Shown here one piece after another: positions 1 through 10,307 of a DNA stretch of 64,000 nt. The notes under the pieces were generated by a model that saw only the letters and a program-made list of their open reading frames with translations, searched no databases and had not been told where the DNA came from. The translations under genes and the position numbers were made by a program. The DNA is from an uncultured virus (IMG/VR IMGVR_UViG_2891407665_000020) (Duplodnaviria > Heunggongvirae > Uroviricota > Caudoviricetes). Position 1 is the stretch's first letter. The number at the start of each line of letters is the position of its first letter. The stretch is taken from IMG/VR virus record IMGVR_UViG_2891407665_000020; one strand, given 5' to 3'.

Positions 1-765
1 AGGTATGTGAAGGAGCAGACACCTGAGTTGTGTATGGCAGCAGTCCAGCAGAATGGATACGCACTTCAACTTGTGAAGAAGCAGACCCATGAATTATGCA
101 TGGCAGCCGTCCAACAGGATGGGTGGGCACTTGAGTATGTCAAAGAGCAGACTCCGGAATTGTGTATGGCAGCCGTCCAGCAGAATGGGTGGGCACTTGA
201 GTATGTCAAAGAGCAGACACCTGAGTTGTGTATGGCGGCAGTTCAGCAGGATGGAAGAGCACTTATGCTTGTGAAGAATCAGACACCTGAGTTGTGTATG
301 GCGGCTGTTCAGGAGAATGGGTTTGCACTTGAGTGGGTCAAGAATCAAACACCTGAATTGTGTATGGCTGCTGTGAAACAGAATGGGTATGCACTTAAGG
401 ATGTCGAAAAACGGACTCCAGAGTTGTGTATGGCGGCAGTTCAGCAGGATGGGACATCGCTTCGATTTATAGAGAATCAGACGCTGAAATTGTGTATGGC
501 GGCTGTAAAGCAGAGTGGGGAAGCGCTTCAATTTGTTGAAGAGCAAACACCTGAGTTATGTAGGGCAGCTGTGGAGCAGGATGCGAGAGCACTTATGTTT
601 GTGAAGAATCAGACACCTGAGCTGTGTATGGCAGCTGTTCAGCAGAATTGGTATACACTTAGGTATGTCGAAGAACAGACTCCTGAATTGTGTAAGGCAG
701 CTGTGGAGCAGAATGAGGATGCACTTTATTCTGTATGGCCACAGTTCAAATACTTGTTTGAGTAG
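1..765 (+). CDS. DUF4116-type repeat protein (5' end lies outside the window)
   Basis: About 10 tandem 25-aa units QTPELCMAAVQQNGxALxxVKE; the frame is open from base 1 (AGG TAT GTG AAG GAG CAG). Confidence 0.8.
   Translation, partial: RYVKEQTPELCMAAVQQNGYALQLVKKQTHELCMAAVQQDGWALEYVKEQTPELCMAAVQQNGWALEYVKEQTPELCMAAVQQDGRALMLVKNQTPELCMAAVQENGFALEWVKNQTPELCMAAVKQNGYALKDVEKRTPELCMAAVQQDGTSLRFIENQTLKLCMAAVKQSGEALQFVEEQTPELCRAAVEQDARALMFVKNQTPELCMAAVQQNWYTLRYVEEQTPELCKAAVEQNEDALYSVWPQFKYLFE
7..726 (+). repeat. 75-bp-period coding tandem repeat
   Basis: CAGACACCTGAGTTGTGTATGGC-like unit recurs every 75 nt. Confidence 0.85.
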
Positions 766-1215
766 GGTTGGCAGTACCGCTCCAAGAGGAATACCCAGTT
801 AGAGAGTAGACCTGGCGGTGTAGCATTTGTGTAAGCAGTCAAGGTACAGCGGTGTGGGCTGCATGCTTTCTGAGCAATATCGGATGCTTTGTATGAGGAA
901 CGAAGCAGTACTTTAGCCCAGGTTCCGCTAGGAACCATTATAGTACCGTGAGACTTTGGAAAAGTAATAAGTAACGTATAGATGGAAAAGGATAACCAGC
1001 ATTGCGGGAAAGGGGGAACCCTCACAGACTCCCATCAGAAACTCCTTACATCTAATAGAAAGAAATGAGACAGGCAACTATTAATCGTATAGAGGGGGAA
1101 AGGATGGAGAGGGAATACCTTTAGAAATCATCCTGCATCTATACCAGAACAGGATAAGACTATAGCCTGTTCTGACTAGCTATAAATTTATTACGCAAGA
1201 TAGGAGGAATAGAAC

Positions 1216-1653
1216 ATGGATGATATGTGGACGCTGCGTCTGTTAGGGATATTATTTGCCATTATGGGCGTGGGATTTATCGTTGCGGGGAGAGCTGTCT
1301 GCGCAGGCGTGAAAAAGAGAAAGACATGCTGTACACAGAAAGTTACTGCTAAAGTCGCAGAAGTAAGGAAGGAGCAGGAATACGTATGCGGCGAAGTCCG
1401 GTATTCCTGGTATGCTGTCTATGAATACACCGTAAATGGGAAAGAGGTACGGAAACGCGACCAGACAGGCAGTTCCAAACCAAGATTCAAACTGGGGCAG
1501 AAGGTATGCTTATATGTAAATCCTGACAACATAGAGCAATATTACTGCTCGGAGGAAAAAGAGGAACAATTGGGCAGGATTTTTTCTGTAGTAGGAGCAG
1601 GGATTTTTTTGTTGGCTATGGTGGCTGCGATTGTAGGAATTATATTGTTTTGA
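1216..1653 (+). CDS. DUF3592-like membrane protein
   Basis: N- and C-terminal TM helices flank YEYTVNGK...GQKVCLYVNPDN; AGGAGG RBS. Confidence 0.7.
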   Translation: MDDMWTLRLLGILFAIMGVGFIVAGRAVCAGVKKRKTCCTQKVTAKVAEVRKEQEYVCGEVRYSWYAVYEYTVNGKEVRKRDQTGSSKPRFKLGQKVCLYVNPDNIEQYYCSEEKEEQLGRIFSVVGAGIFLLAMVAAIVGIILF

Positions 1654-2163
1654 TTTTCCCACAATTTTACATTCTGGAAATCTTGCGGATAGTGTCTGCT
1701 GTGTGGGTGGCAATCTGAGGAGGTTTGAACATGGATATACAGTTAAGGGTAGCAGAAAGTAATTTAGTGCAGGGAAGAAATATGAATTAATAGTGGAAAC
1801 GAAGTCATGATAACAGGAAAAAGAGATATGGTACCACACAGAATTAAATCACTTTCCGTTTCCAGTGGCATGAAAGGGAAGATTTGGGTGGATGGATAGT
1901 TTTCGGTAGGAACCAGTGAAATACACGGGGAGCGTAGGAAACATGATTGTATTACTGGCGCCAGCTAATAAAAAATAATCAGGAATAATGTTGCAACTGG
2001 AAATAATCAGATTACAACAATCGGGACTATTGCATTGAAATATTCTATGTGCTAGAATGAATGGAAAGTTACAGAATAAGATGAGGTGGAAGGCATTATT
2101 GAATTTGATAAGTAATGTACTACACAGCTGTGAGGTGTTATTGTATTTCAGGAGGGTTTTGTT

Positions 2164-2496
2164 TTGGATGATATGGACAGTTGGAAAAAAATAACGGAGG
2201 AATGCTACTATAACCAAGAGTACATTTTTCCAACGCAGCAGCAGGACGTGCTGAAGATTGTAAAGAAAGCTACAGCTTGTGCGAACATAAAAAAGGTTGT
2301 GATTTTCGGTAGTTCGGTTACCGCTCAATGTAATCCATGGAGCGATATAGATGTATACCTGGAGCAAGAAGCAGAGTTTCCAGAAATAACCTTTGAGGAT
2401 CTGGAAAACCCGGTAGATCGCTGGACTAATTTTACAGCGGATGGTGCGTTGATGGAGGAAATTAATAAGAAAGGTGTTTGTGTTTATGAGAAATGA
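2164..2496 (+). CDS. Minimal nucleotidyltransferase (MNT) antitoxin
   Basis: VIFGSSV...SDIDV (GS-x10-DxD) motif; overlaps the downstream HEPN gene. Confidence 0.8.
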   Translation: MDDMDSWKKITEECYYNQEYIFPTQQQDVLKIVKKATACANIKKVVIFGSSVTAQCNPWSDIDVYLEQEAEFPEITFEDLENPVDRWTNFTADGALMEEINKKGVCVYEK

Positions 2497-2875
2497 GACA
2501 CTGCTAGATAGGGCCTTTTCAAATTTTAAGGCTGCAGAAGCGAATTGGAAGCTTATAGGTGAAGATGATTTCTTTATTAACCTATCAGGATATCTGCTGG
2601 AACAGTCCCTGGAGTTATTTATAAAACACCATCTTGAAATCAATGGAGTGAAGTATCCGCATACACATGATTTGCCAACACTCGTAAATTTATTAAATTC
2701 TGCCGATGATTTATTGGGAGAGAAGTTACAATTGTTTGCAGGCACGATAACAACGTGGGAGTCTAAAACCCGATATATAAAAAATTATTTTCTTGAGAAA
2801 AGAAATGTGGAGAAAGGGTTCGAACTCATAAAGCCATTATTTCAAAACCGACTTGATGATATGAGTGTGTTTTAA
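2486..2875 (+). CDS. HEPN domain protein (MNT-HEPN toxin-antitoxin pair)
   Basis: GYLLEQSLELFIK...YPHTHDL...KTRY, typical of HEPN; ATG at 2486 overlaps the MNT gene end. Confidence 0.8.
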   Translation: MRNETLLDRAFSNFKAAEANWKLIGEDDFFINLSGYLLEQSLELFIKHHLEINGVKYPHTHDLPTLVNLLNSADDLLGEKLQLFAGTITTWESKTRYIKNYFLEKRNVEKGFELIKPLFQNRLDDMSVF

Positions 2876-3037
2876 GGCGCGGCTATTGTTCGGTGTTTGT
2901 ATAGGAAGTGCAAAGAATGCAGACAAGTATGGTTTTAATCTGGTTGCGTAATGTAGGGAGTGACAGGTTAGCATTAATCGAGAAAGCAACATAAGTAAAC
3001 AATAGTATTCATGTATTTAGATACAAGGTATTAGAAG

Positions 3038-3080
3038 AAGGAAGGTATTTAGTCATGTCATGACAGATACCTTCCTTTTT
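3038..3080 (+). terminator. Intrinsic terminator-like hairpin
   Basis: AAGGAAGGTAT...ATACCTTCCTT followed by TTT. Confidence 0.6.
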
Positions 3081-3226
3081 CACGCAATAGTGTATGTTTG
3101 CAGTTTGAATTTCTTTAAACTTTTTTAAGCAGTGGCGTCTTCTATATAAAAGTAACTGCGGGGAATAGATGAGCTGATGTGTAAGGCGTAGTCGCAGTTT
3201 AGAGTCACTGTTAAGCTACGTACAAA

Positions 3227-3263
3227 CCACTGCTTCCAGGCAAAGAGAGCTTGGAAGCAGTGG
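3227..3263. repeat. 12-bp perfect inverted repeat
   Basis: CCACTGCTTCCA-N13-TGGAAGCAGTGG; no U-tract. Confidence 0.6.
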
Positions 3264-3411
3264 ACGCTAAGCCCCGCAGAATATGTCTCTCATGCAGACA
3301 GAAAACCTTCTGCCTGTATGGGGAATAAACAGAAAGAAATACAGGGTATTGAAAAAGCTAAACAGTATTTGGAAAGAAGAATCAAGAAGTTGCAAAGGAG
3401 GAGTGGGCATA

Positions 3412-3579
3412 ATGGCAGTAGAAAGCGTTTATGGTCTGATGAGTGCGTACCAGAGTAAGCATCCGGACAGTCACTATTTCGACCATGACACATTAAAGTT
3501 CTGTGGGGAGCACATCTCGGAGATGCATCTTTTTAAGAACAGAGTGACAGTCACGGATACTTCAGGAGAAAAACGGTAG
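3412..3579 (+). CDS. Small hypothetical protein, possibly truncated
   Basis: AGGAGG RBS then ATG; MAVESVYGLMSAYQSKHPDSHYFDHDTLKF. Confidence 0.45.
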   Translation: MAVESVYGLMSAYQSKHPDSHYFDHDTLKFCGEHISEMHLFKNRVTVTDTSGEKR

Positions 3580-3619
3580 CAGTTGCAATAGAAATCAAAG
3601 ATCGGACGGAGATGATAAG

Positions 3620-4042
3620 ATGGAAGATATATTGCTGGTTCTGCTGGAATGTGGCAGCCTGGATCTTCGGATATTGGATGATGTTGGATATGACCTGGGA
3701 GAAATTGTAGAGGAATTGCAGACAGATGGCATAAAGCCGACGCTTAATATCATTACCGGAGAGATTTTCCGGAAAGGCCAGTTAGAGTTGACTGGCGCTG
3801 TAAGGGATGCCATCGATGAGAGGAAGAATCAGAAGGATAATATGGAGGAAGGCGAGGCAGAATACGACCGGCTCCAGGAAGAGATTGATGAACTGGAGAG
3901 CTTGAATCCTTGGGAAGATATGAGTTGGTACTGTAACTGTATCGATACATCGTGCTGGTTCAGCAATAATGAGGAGATTTACCGGAAGTATATTCCTGAT
4001 GCAACTAGCAATATTGAAGATAATATGGGGTTCGAATTTTAG
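3620..4042 (+). CDS. Hypothetical acidic protein
   Basis: 140-aa ORF with GGAG RBS. Confidence 0.65.
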   Translation: MEDILLVLLECGSLDLRILDDVGYDLGEIVEELQTDGIKPTLNIITGEIFRKGQLELTGAVRDAIDERKNQKDNMEEGEAEYDRLQEEIDELESLNPWEDMSWYCNCIDTSCWFSNNEEIYRKYIPDATSNIEDNMGFEF

Positions 4043-4045
4043 TAG

Positions 4046-4369
4046 GTGGGATGGGTGGCATTAGGAAAGGCTGTTGCTGGGGTTGTAGCAGGAGACGCTT
4101 ATGTTACTTCTGCTGAGGAAGTGCTTACAATTGGTGGCTTTGGGGCCTATCTTACATTCTTTACGGATAAGGATGGAAGTTTCCTGTTTTCAGATGAAGC
4201 TTATATGCGGAATATTAACGACTTGATTGAGTGGCCAGAGCGCTTGCCTGGAGGATGTATGTTACAGGAGTTTTATGCACATGTAGCAGGCTTGGCAAGA
4301 TTTTATTACAAGCAACAAGGGTCGATTGGCAGCGCTAAAGCGATTTTGGAGATATCAGTATTTTTTTGA
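4046..4369 (+). CDS. Hypothetical protein
   Basis: 107-aa ORF directly after the previous stop; start uncertain. Confidence 0.4.
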   Translation: MGWVALGKAVAGVVAGDAYVTSAEEVLTIGGFGAYLTFFTDKDGSFLFSDEAYMRNINDLIEWPERLPGGCMLQEFYAHVAGLARFYYKQQGSIGSAKAILEISVFF

Positions 4370-4488
4370 TATTTTCAGTAATTTATACTACTGCTGTGTA
4401 AGTGCAGTGGAATTTTGGAGCAGATGAAATTAGAATTTATTAAGGTGCCATCACGAGAAGAGTGTGGGCCAAGTGGAGGATGATTGCA

Positions 4489-5265
4489 GTGAAGAAGAGA
4501 GTAATTTACGAGTACACAGAGGAAGATATTAAAATACTAAGGAATCCTTGTATTCCCAAGAATCCATGTGAAAAGTGTCATAATGGTTTTGCATGCCTTG
4601 GATGCGAGGATGGTAGAAAATACTTGAAAGTTATAGATGAGTACCGAAGCGCTGGCATACTGGAGGAGGCCAGTATAGTCAGCAAAATACTGGAGAAGCA
4701 ACAGCAAATACAGTTAATGGAGCATGATATTGCTAGTCTAAAGGCCTCTCTTCTGGCAGAGATTAGGGGGTGCATTATACCCGAAGGAGAAGAAAAGGAA
4801 GAAGCAAAGGGAGAGGCAAAGCAGAATAGTAAAGTCGACACTGAATACCATAGTGCAGCGGAACTTTCTGGCGCAAGCTTCTTCGGGATGAGTTCGCAGG
4901 ACACGCAAAAAGAGCCGCAGCAGCGAGATAGGGATTTTACAATCATCGCAGTTGATTTCGACGGCACTCTGTGCAAGGCTATGTGGCCTGATATTGGGGA
5001 ACCAAATATAGAACTTATGGAGTACCTGAAAGAGCAGCGTGAACAGGGCGCCAAGCTTATTCTTTGGACATGCCGCGCCGGTGAACCTTTAGTGGAAGCC
5101 GTCCAATTTTGTAGAGAGCACGGGTTATATTTTGATGCGGTCAACCAAAATCTTCCTGAAATGTGCAAACGGCATAATAATGACAGTAGGAAGATATATG
5201 CGGATATTTATATTGATGATAAGAGCAGCAGATGGACTAATTTACCTTTTATGGGTGTTTTTTGA
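4489..5265 (+). CDS. Cys-rich/coiled-coil N-terminal domain fused to a C-terminal HAD-superfamily phosphatase-like domain
   Basis: IIAVDFDGTL (motif I), ILWTCR (II), RK...YIDDK (III/IV); N-terminal CEKC...CLGC; GTG at 4489 follows GGAGG. Confidence 0.75.
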   Translation: MKKRVIYEYTEEDIKILRNPCIPKNPCEKCHNGFACLGCEDGRKYLKVIDEYRSAGILEEASIVSKILEKQQQIQLMEHDIASLKASLLAEIRGCIIPEGEEKEEAKGEAKQNSKVDTEYHSAAELSGASFFGMSSQDTQKEPQQRDRDFTIIAVDFDGTLCKAMWPDIGEPNIELMEYLKEQREQGAKLILWTCRAGEPLVEAVQFCREHGLYFDAVNQNLPEMCKRHNNDSRKIYADIYIDDKSSRWTNLPFMGVF

Positions 5266-5278
5266 AAGGGGTTCTATT

Positions 5279-5449
5279 ATGAAGGATTTACAGAATGAAA
5301 TTGATATGCTACATGGGAATATTGTTAGAATGCGCCTGTCGGATGACGTGGCAGAGATTGCAAAAATGTATTATCATGCTAACCGCAGGCTGTCTGAGAT
5401 ATTTAAGACGAATCTTGAAAGGGTTTGCACTGAAAAGGATTCACAGTAA
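5279..5449 (+). CDS. Small hypothetical protein
   Basis: MKDLQNEIDMLHG..., AAGGGG RBS. Confidence 0.5.
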   Translation: MKDLQNEIDMLHGNIVRMRLSDDVAEIAKMYYHANRRLSEIFKTNLERVCTEKDSQ

Positions 5450-5598
5450 AGGCATGTGTTATAGTTGGGAATCAGTCACCAGTAGTTATAGACTAGCTAT
5501 TGGTGAATTAAATTGAACCGTTATTACCAACGGTTACGATAGTGGTAGATAGAGTCACCATTGCAATCATGAAATTATTCAACGGAGGAGATAGGATT

Positions 5599-6054
5599 AT
5601 GAAAGTGGGAAAATACAATGTTGATTTTGCAGGAGTTAAGTACGATGGTACAATTCCATACAGTAAGGTGGTAATTGAGGAATTTGACGGAGACTGCCCA
5701 ATAGCTATGTATACAAAAACACTTTATTTTAATATAGGAACGAATTTTATGGTGTCACCATTTAGTACTGAAAAAGAGATTGAAGATTATTTAGGTTATC
5801 CGGATAACACAAAACTTCAGCTGAGCACTAAGTTAACGGTCAGGGAGGTTGGTGGGCCTGCTTGTTTACAAAATGAAACAGTTGATTTTATGGAAATGCC
5901 TATTGCTTTATTAAGAGCTGAATTACTTCAGGGAGGGGATCTGTACAACGGCTTCCTGGCAAGCATTGAAAGTTCCTTAAAGGAACAGTTATCTGATTTA
6001 CAGGTAGATACCGCTGTTATCGCAGGAGAAGTTTTGAGGAGGATTATAGGATGA
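5599..6054 (+). CDS. Hypothetical protein
   Basis: GGAGG RBS, 151 aa. Confidence 0.6.
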   Translation: MKVGKYNVDFAGVKYDGTIPYSKVVIEEFDGDCPIAMYTKTLYFNIGTNFMVSPFSTEKEIEDYLGYPDNTKLQLSTKLTVREVGGPACLQNETVDFMEMPIALLRAELLQGGDLYNGFLASIESSLKEQLSDLQVDTAVIAGEVLRRIIG

Positions 6055-6336
6055 TGGATGATAATAGAGAGCTAGCCCCTTGCCCATTCTGCGTGTGTGT
6101 AAATTGTCTTGAATTACAACGCGTATGTTTACAGTGCAGTATGCAGTAGGTGTGGGGCATCCGGTCCTAGCTATGCATTTCATGGGGATAAAGCCCTTAA
6201 TGCATGGAATCACCGTGTGCAAGATGTACCAGTAGGTGATGCAAGAAAACAATGCAATCGGATGAAGAAAAGTTAGCGCAGTTTAACGAATAAACATTTC
6301 GCAGTGTAGAAAAGGAAAATATTTGATGGAGGGTAA

Positions 6337-7149
6337 ATGATAAAAGAAGAAATAAGTGATTTGCTCCAAGAAATCAAGTCCTTCTTGATAGGGGAGTTAA
6401 AAGAAAATATCAGCAAAGCACAATCACCGATAAAATATTATTGGGAAGCCAGTCGCAGAGCAGATAAAATAATACAGACGGTATTAGGTGAAACGGTCAG
6501 ATTTCCCGTTGATATAAAACTGCTTGCAGAAAAAATGGGAGTTCAAGTGGAGGAAGACGATCTGAATGAGTTTTCGAGTTGGAAATGTATGAATCGAAAA
6601 ATAGGTCAGTTAGAAATTGGTGAGAATTCTTTCAGCAGTAGAAAAGTAAGGGCTATTTTTGTTGACAAGAAAGCTCCTCCTTCTTCACAAAGGTATGCTA
6701 TTGCACATGAACTGGTGCATTATATTATACATTATAGCGACAGAGATTATTATGAGGCTTATTGTACTATGCCTATGTGTCCTGAAGATATAGAGGAAGT
6801 TGTGGCAGATATCTTTGCAATTTTTCTATTGATTCCTGTAAGATATTTTTTTGTGGAGTTTTTGGAATATGTAAAGCGCAAGACGGACGAGGGAAAGATA
6901 CCGGTGACTACGGAGAGTTGGATTCGGTATCTGGCGGAGCGTTCTATGATTTCAGATTATTATGTTGCCTATGGCTACCAGCAGCTTCGTTATGTAGCGT
7001 ATTGGATATATCAGGCTTGGAGCGATGAAAGCACATTAGGGACAATTGGCACGAACCAAAATGTGATGGCTGATGAGGACAGAAAACAGATAAGGGAGGA
7101 AACGAAGAATTACTATACCGAGGAGATGGGCGAGGTATTGTTTGAATAA
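6337..7149 (+). CDS. ImmA/IrrE family metallo-endopeptidase (DUF955)
   Basis: FPVDIKLLAEKMG, QRYAIAHELVH (HExxH), EEVVADIFA...LLIP. Confidence 0.8.
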   Translation: MIKEEISDLLQEIKSFLIGELKENISKAQSPIKYYWEASRRADKIIQTVLGETVRFPVDIKLLAEKMGVQVEEDDLNEFSSWKCMNRKIGQLEIGENSFSSRKVRAIFVDKKAPPSSQRYAIAHELVHYIIHYSDRDYYEAYCTMPMCPEDIEEVVADIFAIFLLIPVRYFFVEFLEYVKRKTDEGKIPVTTESWIRYLAERSMISDYYVAYGYQQLRYVAYWIYQAWSDESTLGTIGTNQNVMADEDRKQIREETKNYYTEEMGEVLFE

Positions 7150-7247
7150 AAGAAGAATGGAATGTTTAGTGATGAATATAAAGTGACAGAGTAGTCGGAA
7201 GAGTTATAAAGGATTGAATGAAATCAGTAAACTAGGGAGGTAGTTTA

Positions 7248-7513
7248 ATGCATGTTGATAAATGTATACTAAAATATGTAAAGCATGATTTAAAGATATT
7301 GCCGGAGTATTTTGAAGGGGTCATATCCGGTAAAAAAGATTTGAACTGCGGAAAAATGATAGGAATTATGAAATTGGGGATACATTCATCTTACGGGAGT
7401 GGAAACAAGATGTGGGTTATACTGGTAGATATTTTTTGCAAAGTATCAGCTATGTAATTAAAAACTGCCCAGAATATGGATTGATGGATGGGTATGCTAT
7501 ATTCGGATGGTGA
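7248..7513 (+). pseudogene. DUF3850/ASCH-like protein, frameshifted in an A6 run at about 7332-7337
   Basis: HDLKILPEYFEGVISGKK continues in another frame as RFELRKNDRNYEIGD...GYTGR...GYAIFGW*; one added A restores the ORF. Confidence 0.75.
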
Positions 7514-7577
7514 TCATATTAAGAACAAGTGTTGTGATTATCCTTATAGGGGTACGCTTGCATGTAGTAAACCTTGA

Positions 7578-7610
7578 GAGAGGGAGTCTATTCTGGCAGG
7601 CTTCTTTTTT
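7578..7610 (+). terminator. Terminator-like hairpin
   Basis: GAGAGGGAGTCT...AGGCTTCTTTTTT. Confidence 0.5.
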
Positions 7611-7642
7611 GGTTAGCAATAAAAACAATATTATAGTATATA

Positions 7643-7671
7643 TTGCAAATAAACATTTTGTAGTATAGAAT
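7643..7671 (+). promoter_or_regulatory. sigmaA-type promoter
   Basis: TTGCAA-17bp-TAGAAT, directly upstream of the GGAGG RBS of the DUF262 gene. Confidence 0.5.
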
Positions 7672-7684
7672 GGAGGAAAGTATT

Positions 7685-9521
7685 ATGAATAGGAGGAAAC
7701 GGACAGTGGCTGATGAATTAAATGTAAGGGGCACCTATATATTGGATACTTTCAAAGACTATTTAGAAGATGTGTACTGGGTAAATAGGCGATATCAGCG
7801 GAAATTAGTATGGACTTTGGAGGAGAAACAAAAATTCATTGATACTATTTTACACAATTATCCAGTACCGATTTTCCTTTTAGCAAAAATACAAATTAGA
7901 CGGCGAAGATAGCTATCGAAAAGAAATTATTGATGGTCTCCAGCGGTTGAATGCTATTTTTTCATTCATAAAAAATGAGTTTTCTGTTAAGTGGCAAGAT
8001 GGTAATTTTTACTATTTCAACGTTTCTGCGCTGGCGGGGGCTGAGCAAATGCTTGCAGACGGAATTCTAACCCAAGAAGAGAATAAGCTGGAACTCGGCG
8101 TTTGCAGAAAATTTCTGAACTACCAGCTACCGATAACAACGACTGAGGTAAGTGATACAGAGATAGAAGATATTTTTATCAGAATCAATTCCACTGGTAG
8201 AAAACTTTCGGCGCAGGATCTTAGGCAGGCAGGGGCAGTAGGATTGTTTTCAGACTTGGTTAGAAAAACTGCCTGCTATATCAGAGGAGATATAACTGAG
8301 AAAGATGTGGTGTCCTTATCGAAGATGCCGTCTTTAAGTCTAAGTCATAGAAAATTGAATTATGCTATAAATTTGTATGATACATTCTGGATGAAGAACA
8401 GAATTCTAACTGAAAAGAATTTAAGGCTTTCCCGGGACGAAGAGATTATTGCTCGTCTGTATAGTTATATGATTCTAGGCAATAAAGTATCTCCATCTTC
8501 TAACTCCTTAAATAAGATGTATGATAGCGACTCACGACAGAATACAGAGCTGAATACATATATTGAAAATTACGGATTACTTGAAATGATGGATAATTTC
8601 TCAAAAGTGTATTCTGACTTTAATAAAATATTCAGGAGTGTTGATTCTAACTTCTCAGCATGGTTATTCCGGGGTGAGGATGCCAAGGGAAGGGCGAAAG
8701 TGTTCCAAGCCTTATTTTTAGCATTGTACAATTTACGAAAGTCGCAATTTGATATTTCAGATTTTCGTAAAATTGCAAACGCTATTAAATATATAGGTGA
8801 TAAAGAATTTAAGGAGATAACAAATGATGAGGAGTGGAATATCGAAGTCCGCAACACAGCAATTCGAAGAATTACTAGTATCATACAGCCGTTAATGACT
8901 AAAAATATCAAGCTAGCAGAGAACAATGAGTGGAGATTAAAGCTGGAAACACTTTTGTCTGCAGCCTCCGGTGTTGAGTCACAGATGTTTGACTTTAAGT
9001 TGGGTCTAACTACTTTGCAAACTGGCCAGAGAAACAGGGAATGTGTTTCTAAAATCGTAAAAACTCTCACAGCAATGGCAAACACAAAGCCAAATGAAGA
9101 AGCTACTGTCTTGATCGGAATCGCAAATGATTTAGAGCACGCAAGGCAGTTTAGAAACTACTATGGAGCAAATTGGGTTCAGGTCGCTGAGTGCTATGTG
9201 ACAGGTATTGATGAAGAAATTCGAACGTATTGGAAAAGCAAAGAGGAATATTGTAACTTCATAAAGCGGGCAATTGAGAATGAGCCTGTACTTTCGGAAG
9301 TTTCCAGTCAGATTTTGAGAAATTTTCAGGTTATCACTTATGAGGATAAAACACTGATAATTTTAACACTAAAGAGTATTGGAAAACCACTTGCTTATGC
9401 AGAGGAGTTTTATGAACGGCATGGCAGTCATAATAGCAAAGTTGGGATAGGTACTCCAGAATTTTACGGATTATTTCAAAGATGCTCCACCGTCAATTTA
9501 GACAGTTGCAATCTGTTTTAA
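7685..9521 (+). pseudogene. DUF262 (ParB-like/GmrS) plus C-terminal Schlafen AlbA_2-like domain protein, frameshifted at about 7885-7889
   Basis: YQRKLVW...FIDTILHNYPVP; removing one A gives KYKLDGEDSYRKEIIDGLQRLNAI in frame with ORF 7947-9521; also IFIRINSTG and C-terminal ESQMFDFK...TLTAMANT...VLIGI. Confidence 0.75.
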
Positions 9522-9537
9522 TTATTAACTAGGCAGT

Positions 9538-9924
9538 GTGTCGAACATAACAAAAAGAAACGGCCTCGTACTTAGTACAATTACAGTAATCATAATGGAG
9601 ATAGGGCAGGCCATGAATGGGTTGTCTGCGAATAAGTTTCCGTTGTTTACACCGTATCAGATCACACTTATGGTGATTCGGGTGCTTGCTTATTACTCAA
9701 TCTATTATGTCGAGCAGATTAGGGGAAAATTTAGGTCAGCACTGGTTTTAGGAAATATGAATTTCGAGAAGAAAAGATTAAGCAATATTAATTTCCTGTA
9801 TCCAACCGTAGCTTCTGTTGCCGCGGTAGCTGACATTGCTGCGCTCATTAGGGATATTCAACTGGATTGGTATGTACGGCTGATTGTTGCACAGCATTGT
9901 TTGCGATTGTATTTATTTGCGTAA
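9538..9924 (+). CDS. Possible hydrophobic hypothetical protein or gene remnant
   Basis: 128-aa ORF with weak RBS. Confidence 0.3.
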   Translation: MSNITKRNGLVLSTITVIIMEIGQAMNGLSANKFPLFTPYQITLMVIRVLAYYSIYYVEQIRGKFRSALVLGNMNFEKKRLSNINFLYPTVASVAAVADIAALIRDIQLDWYVRLIVAQHCLRLYLFA

Positions 9925-10271
9925 TTGGTTATACGCAGTATGTGATACTTATCCGGCAGACAGTATGACTGGTCAGGGCAGGCTTGCAAGACAGTAGAGG
10001 GTGTCCCAAAAGTCATGAAGTGACTTGAGGGATTACCCTCTTTTTGCAAAAAAATAGAGAACGGTTACCACACCGTTCTCCATTTCTACCTCATTATGTG
10101 ATATAATAAGGTATGCTTACATTTAAAGATTATACAATGTAAATGCAGGGAAATGACTGATAATGAAGAGTACAGAAATACTGCTTGTAGAAGTAGATGA
10201 AATATTTATATAATGTTATGTAAATATGCAAAATATGATAAGCAGTAGATAGTATGGCCATTCACGAGTTT

Positions 10272-10307
10272 AAAGAGGAGTCTGTTTTGACAGGCTTCTC
10301 TTTCTTT
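10272..10307 (+). terminator. Terminator-like hairpin, similar to the one at 7578-7610
   Basis: AAAGAGGAGTCTG-TTTTGA-CAGGCTTCTCTTT. Confidence 0.5.

Noticed and set aside
1..765. Regular 75-bp repeats as a CRISPR array
   Set aside because: Units are in-frame coding repeats with synonymous variation, have no unique spacers, and no cas genes are present.
766..1215. Structured ncRNA or tRNA in intergenic regions (also 2876-3280, 15060-15480, 30360-30610)
   Set aside because: No cloverleaf or known riboswitch consensus recognisable by eye; an Infernal/Rfam search would be needed.
1849..2745. 298-aa minus-strand ORF
   Set aside because: Antisense shadow of the MNT-HEPN pair with no recognisable motif.
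7329..7340. Programmed -1 frameshift at AAAAAAG
   Set aside because: The zero frame reads GGT AAA AAA GAT, not A AAA AAG, and no stimulatory structure is evident.
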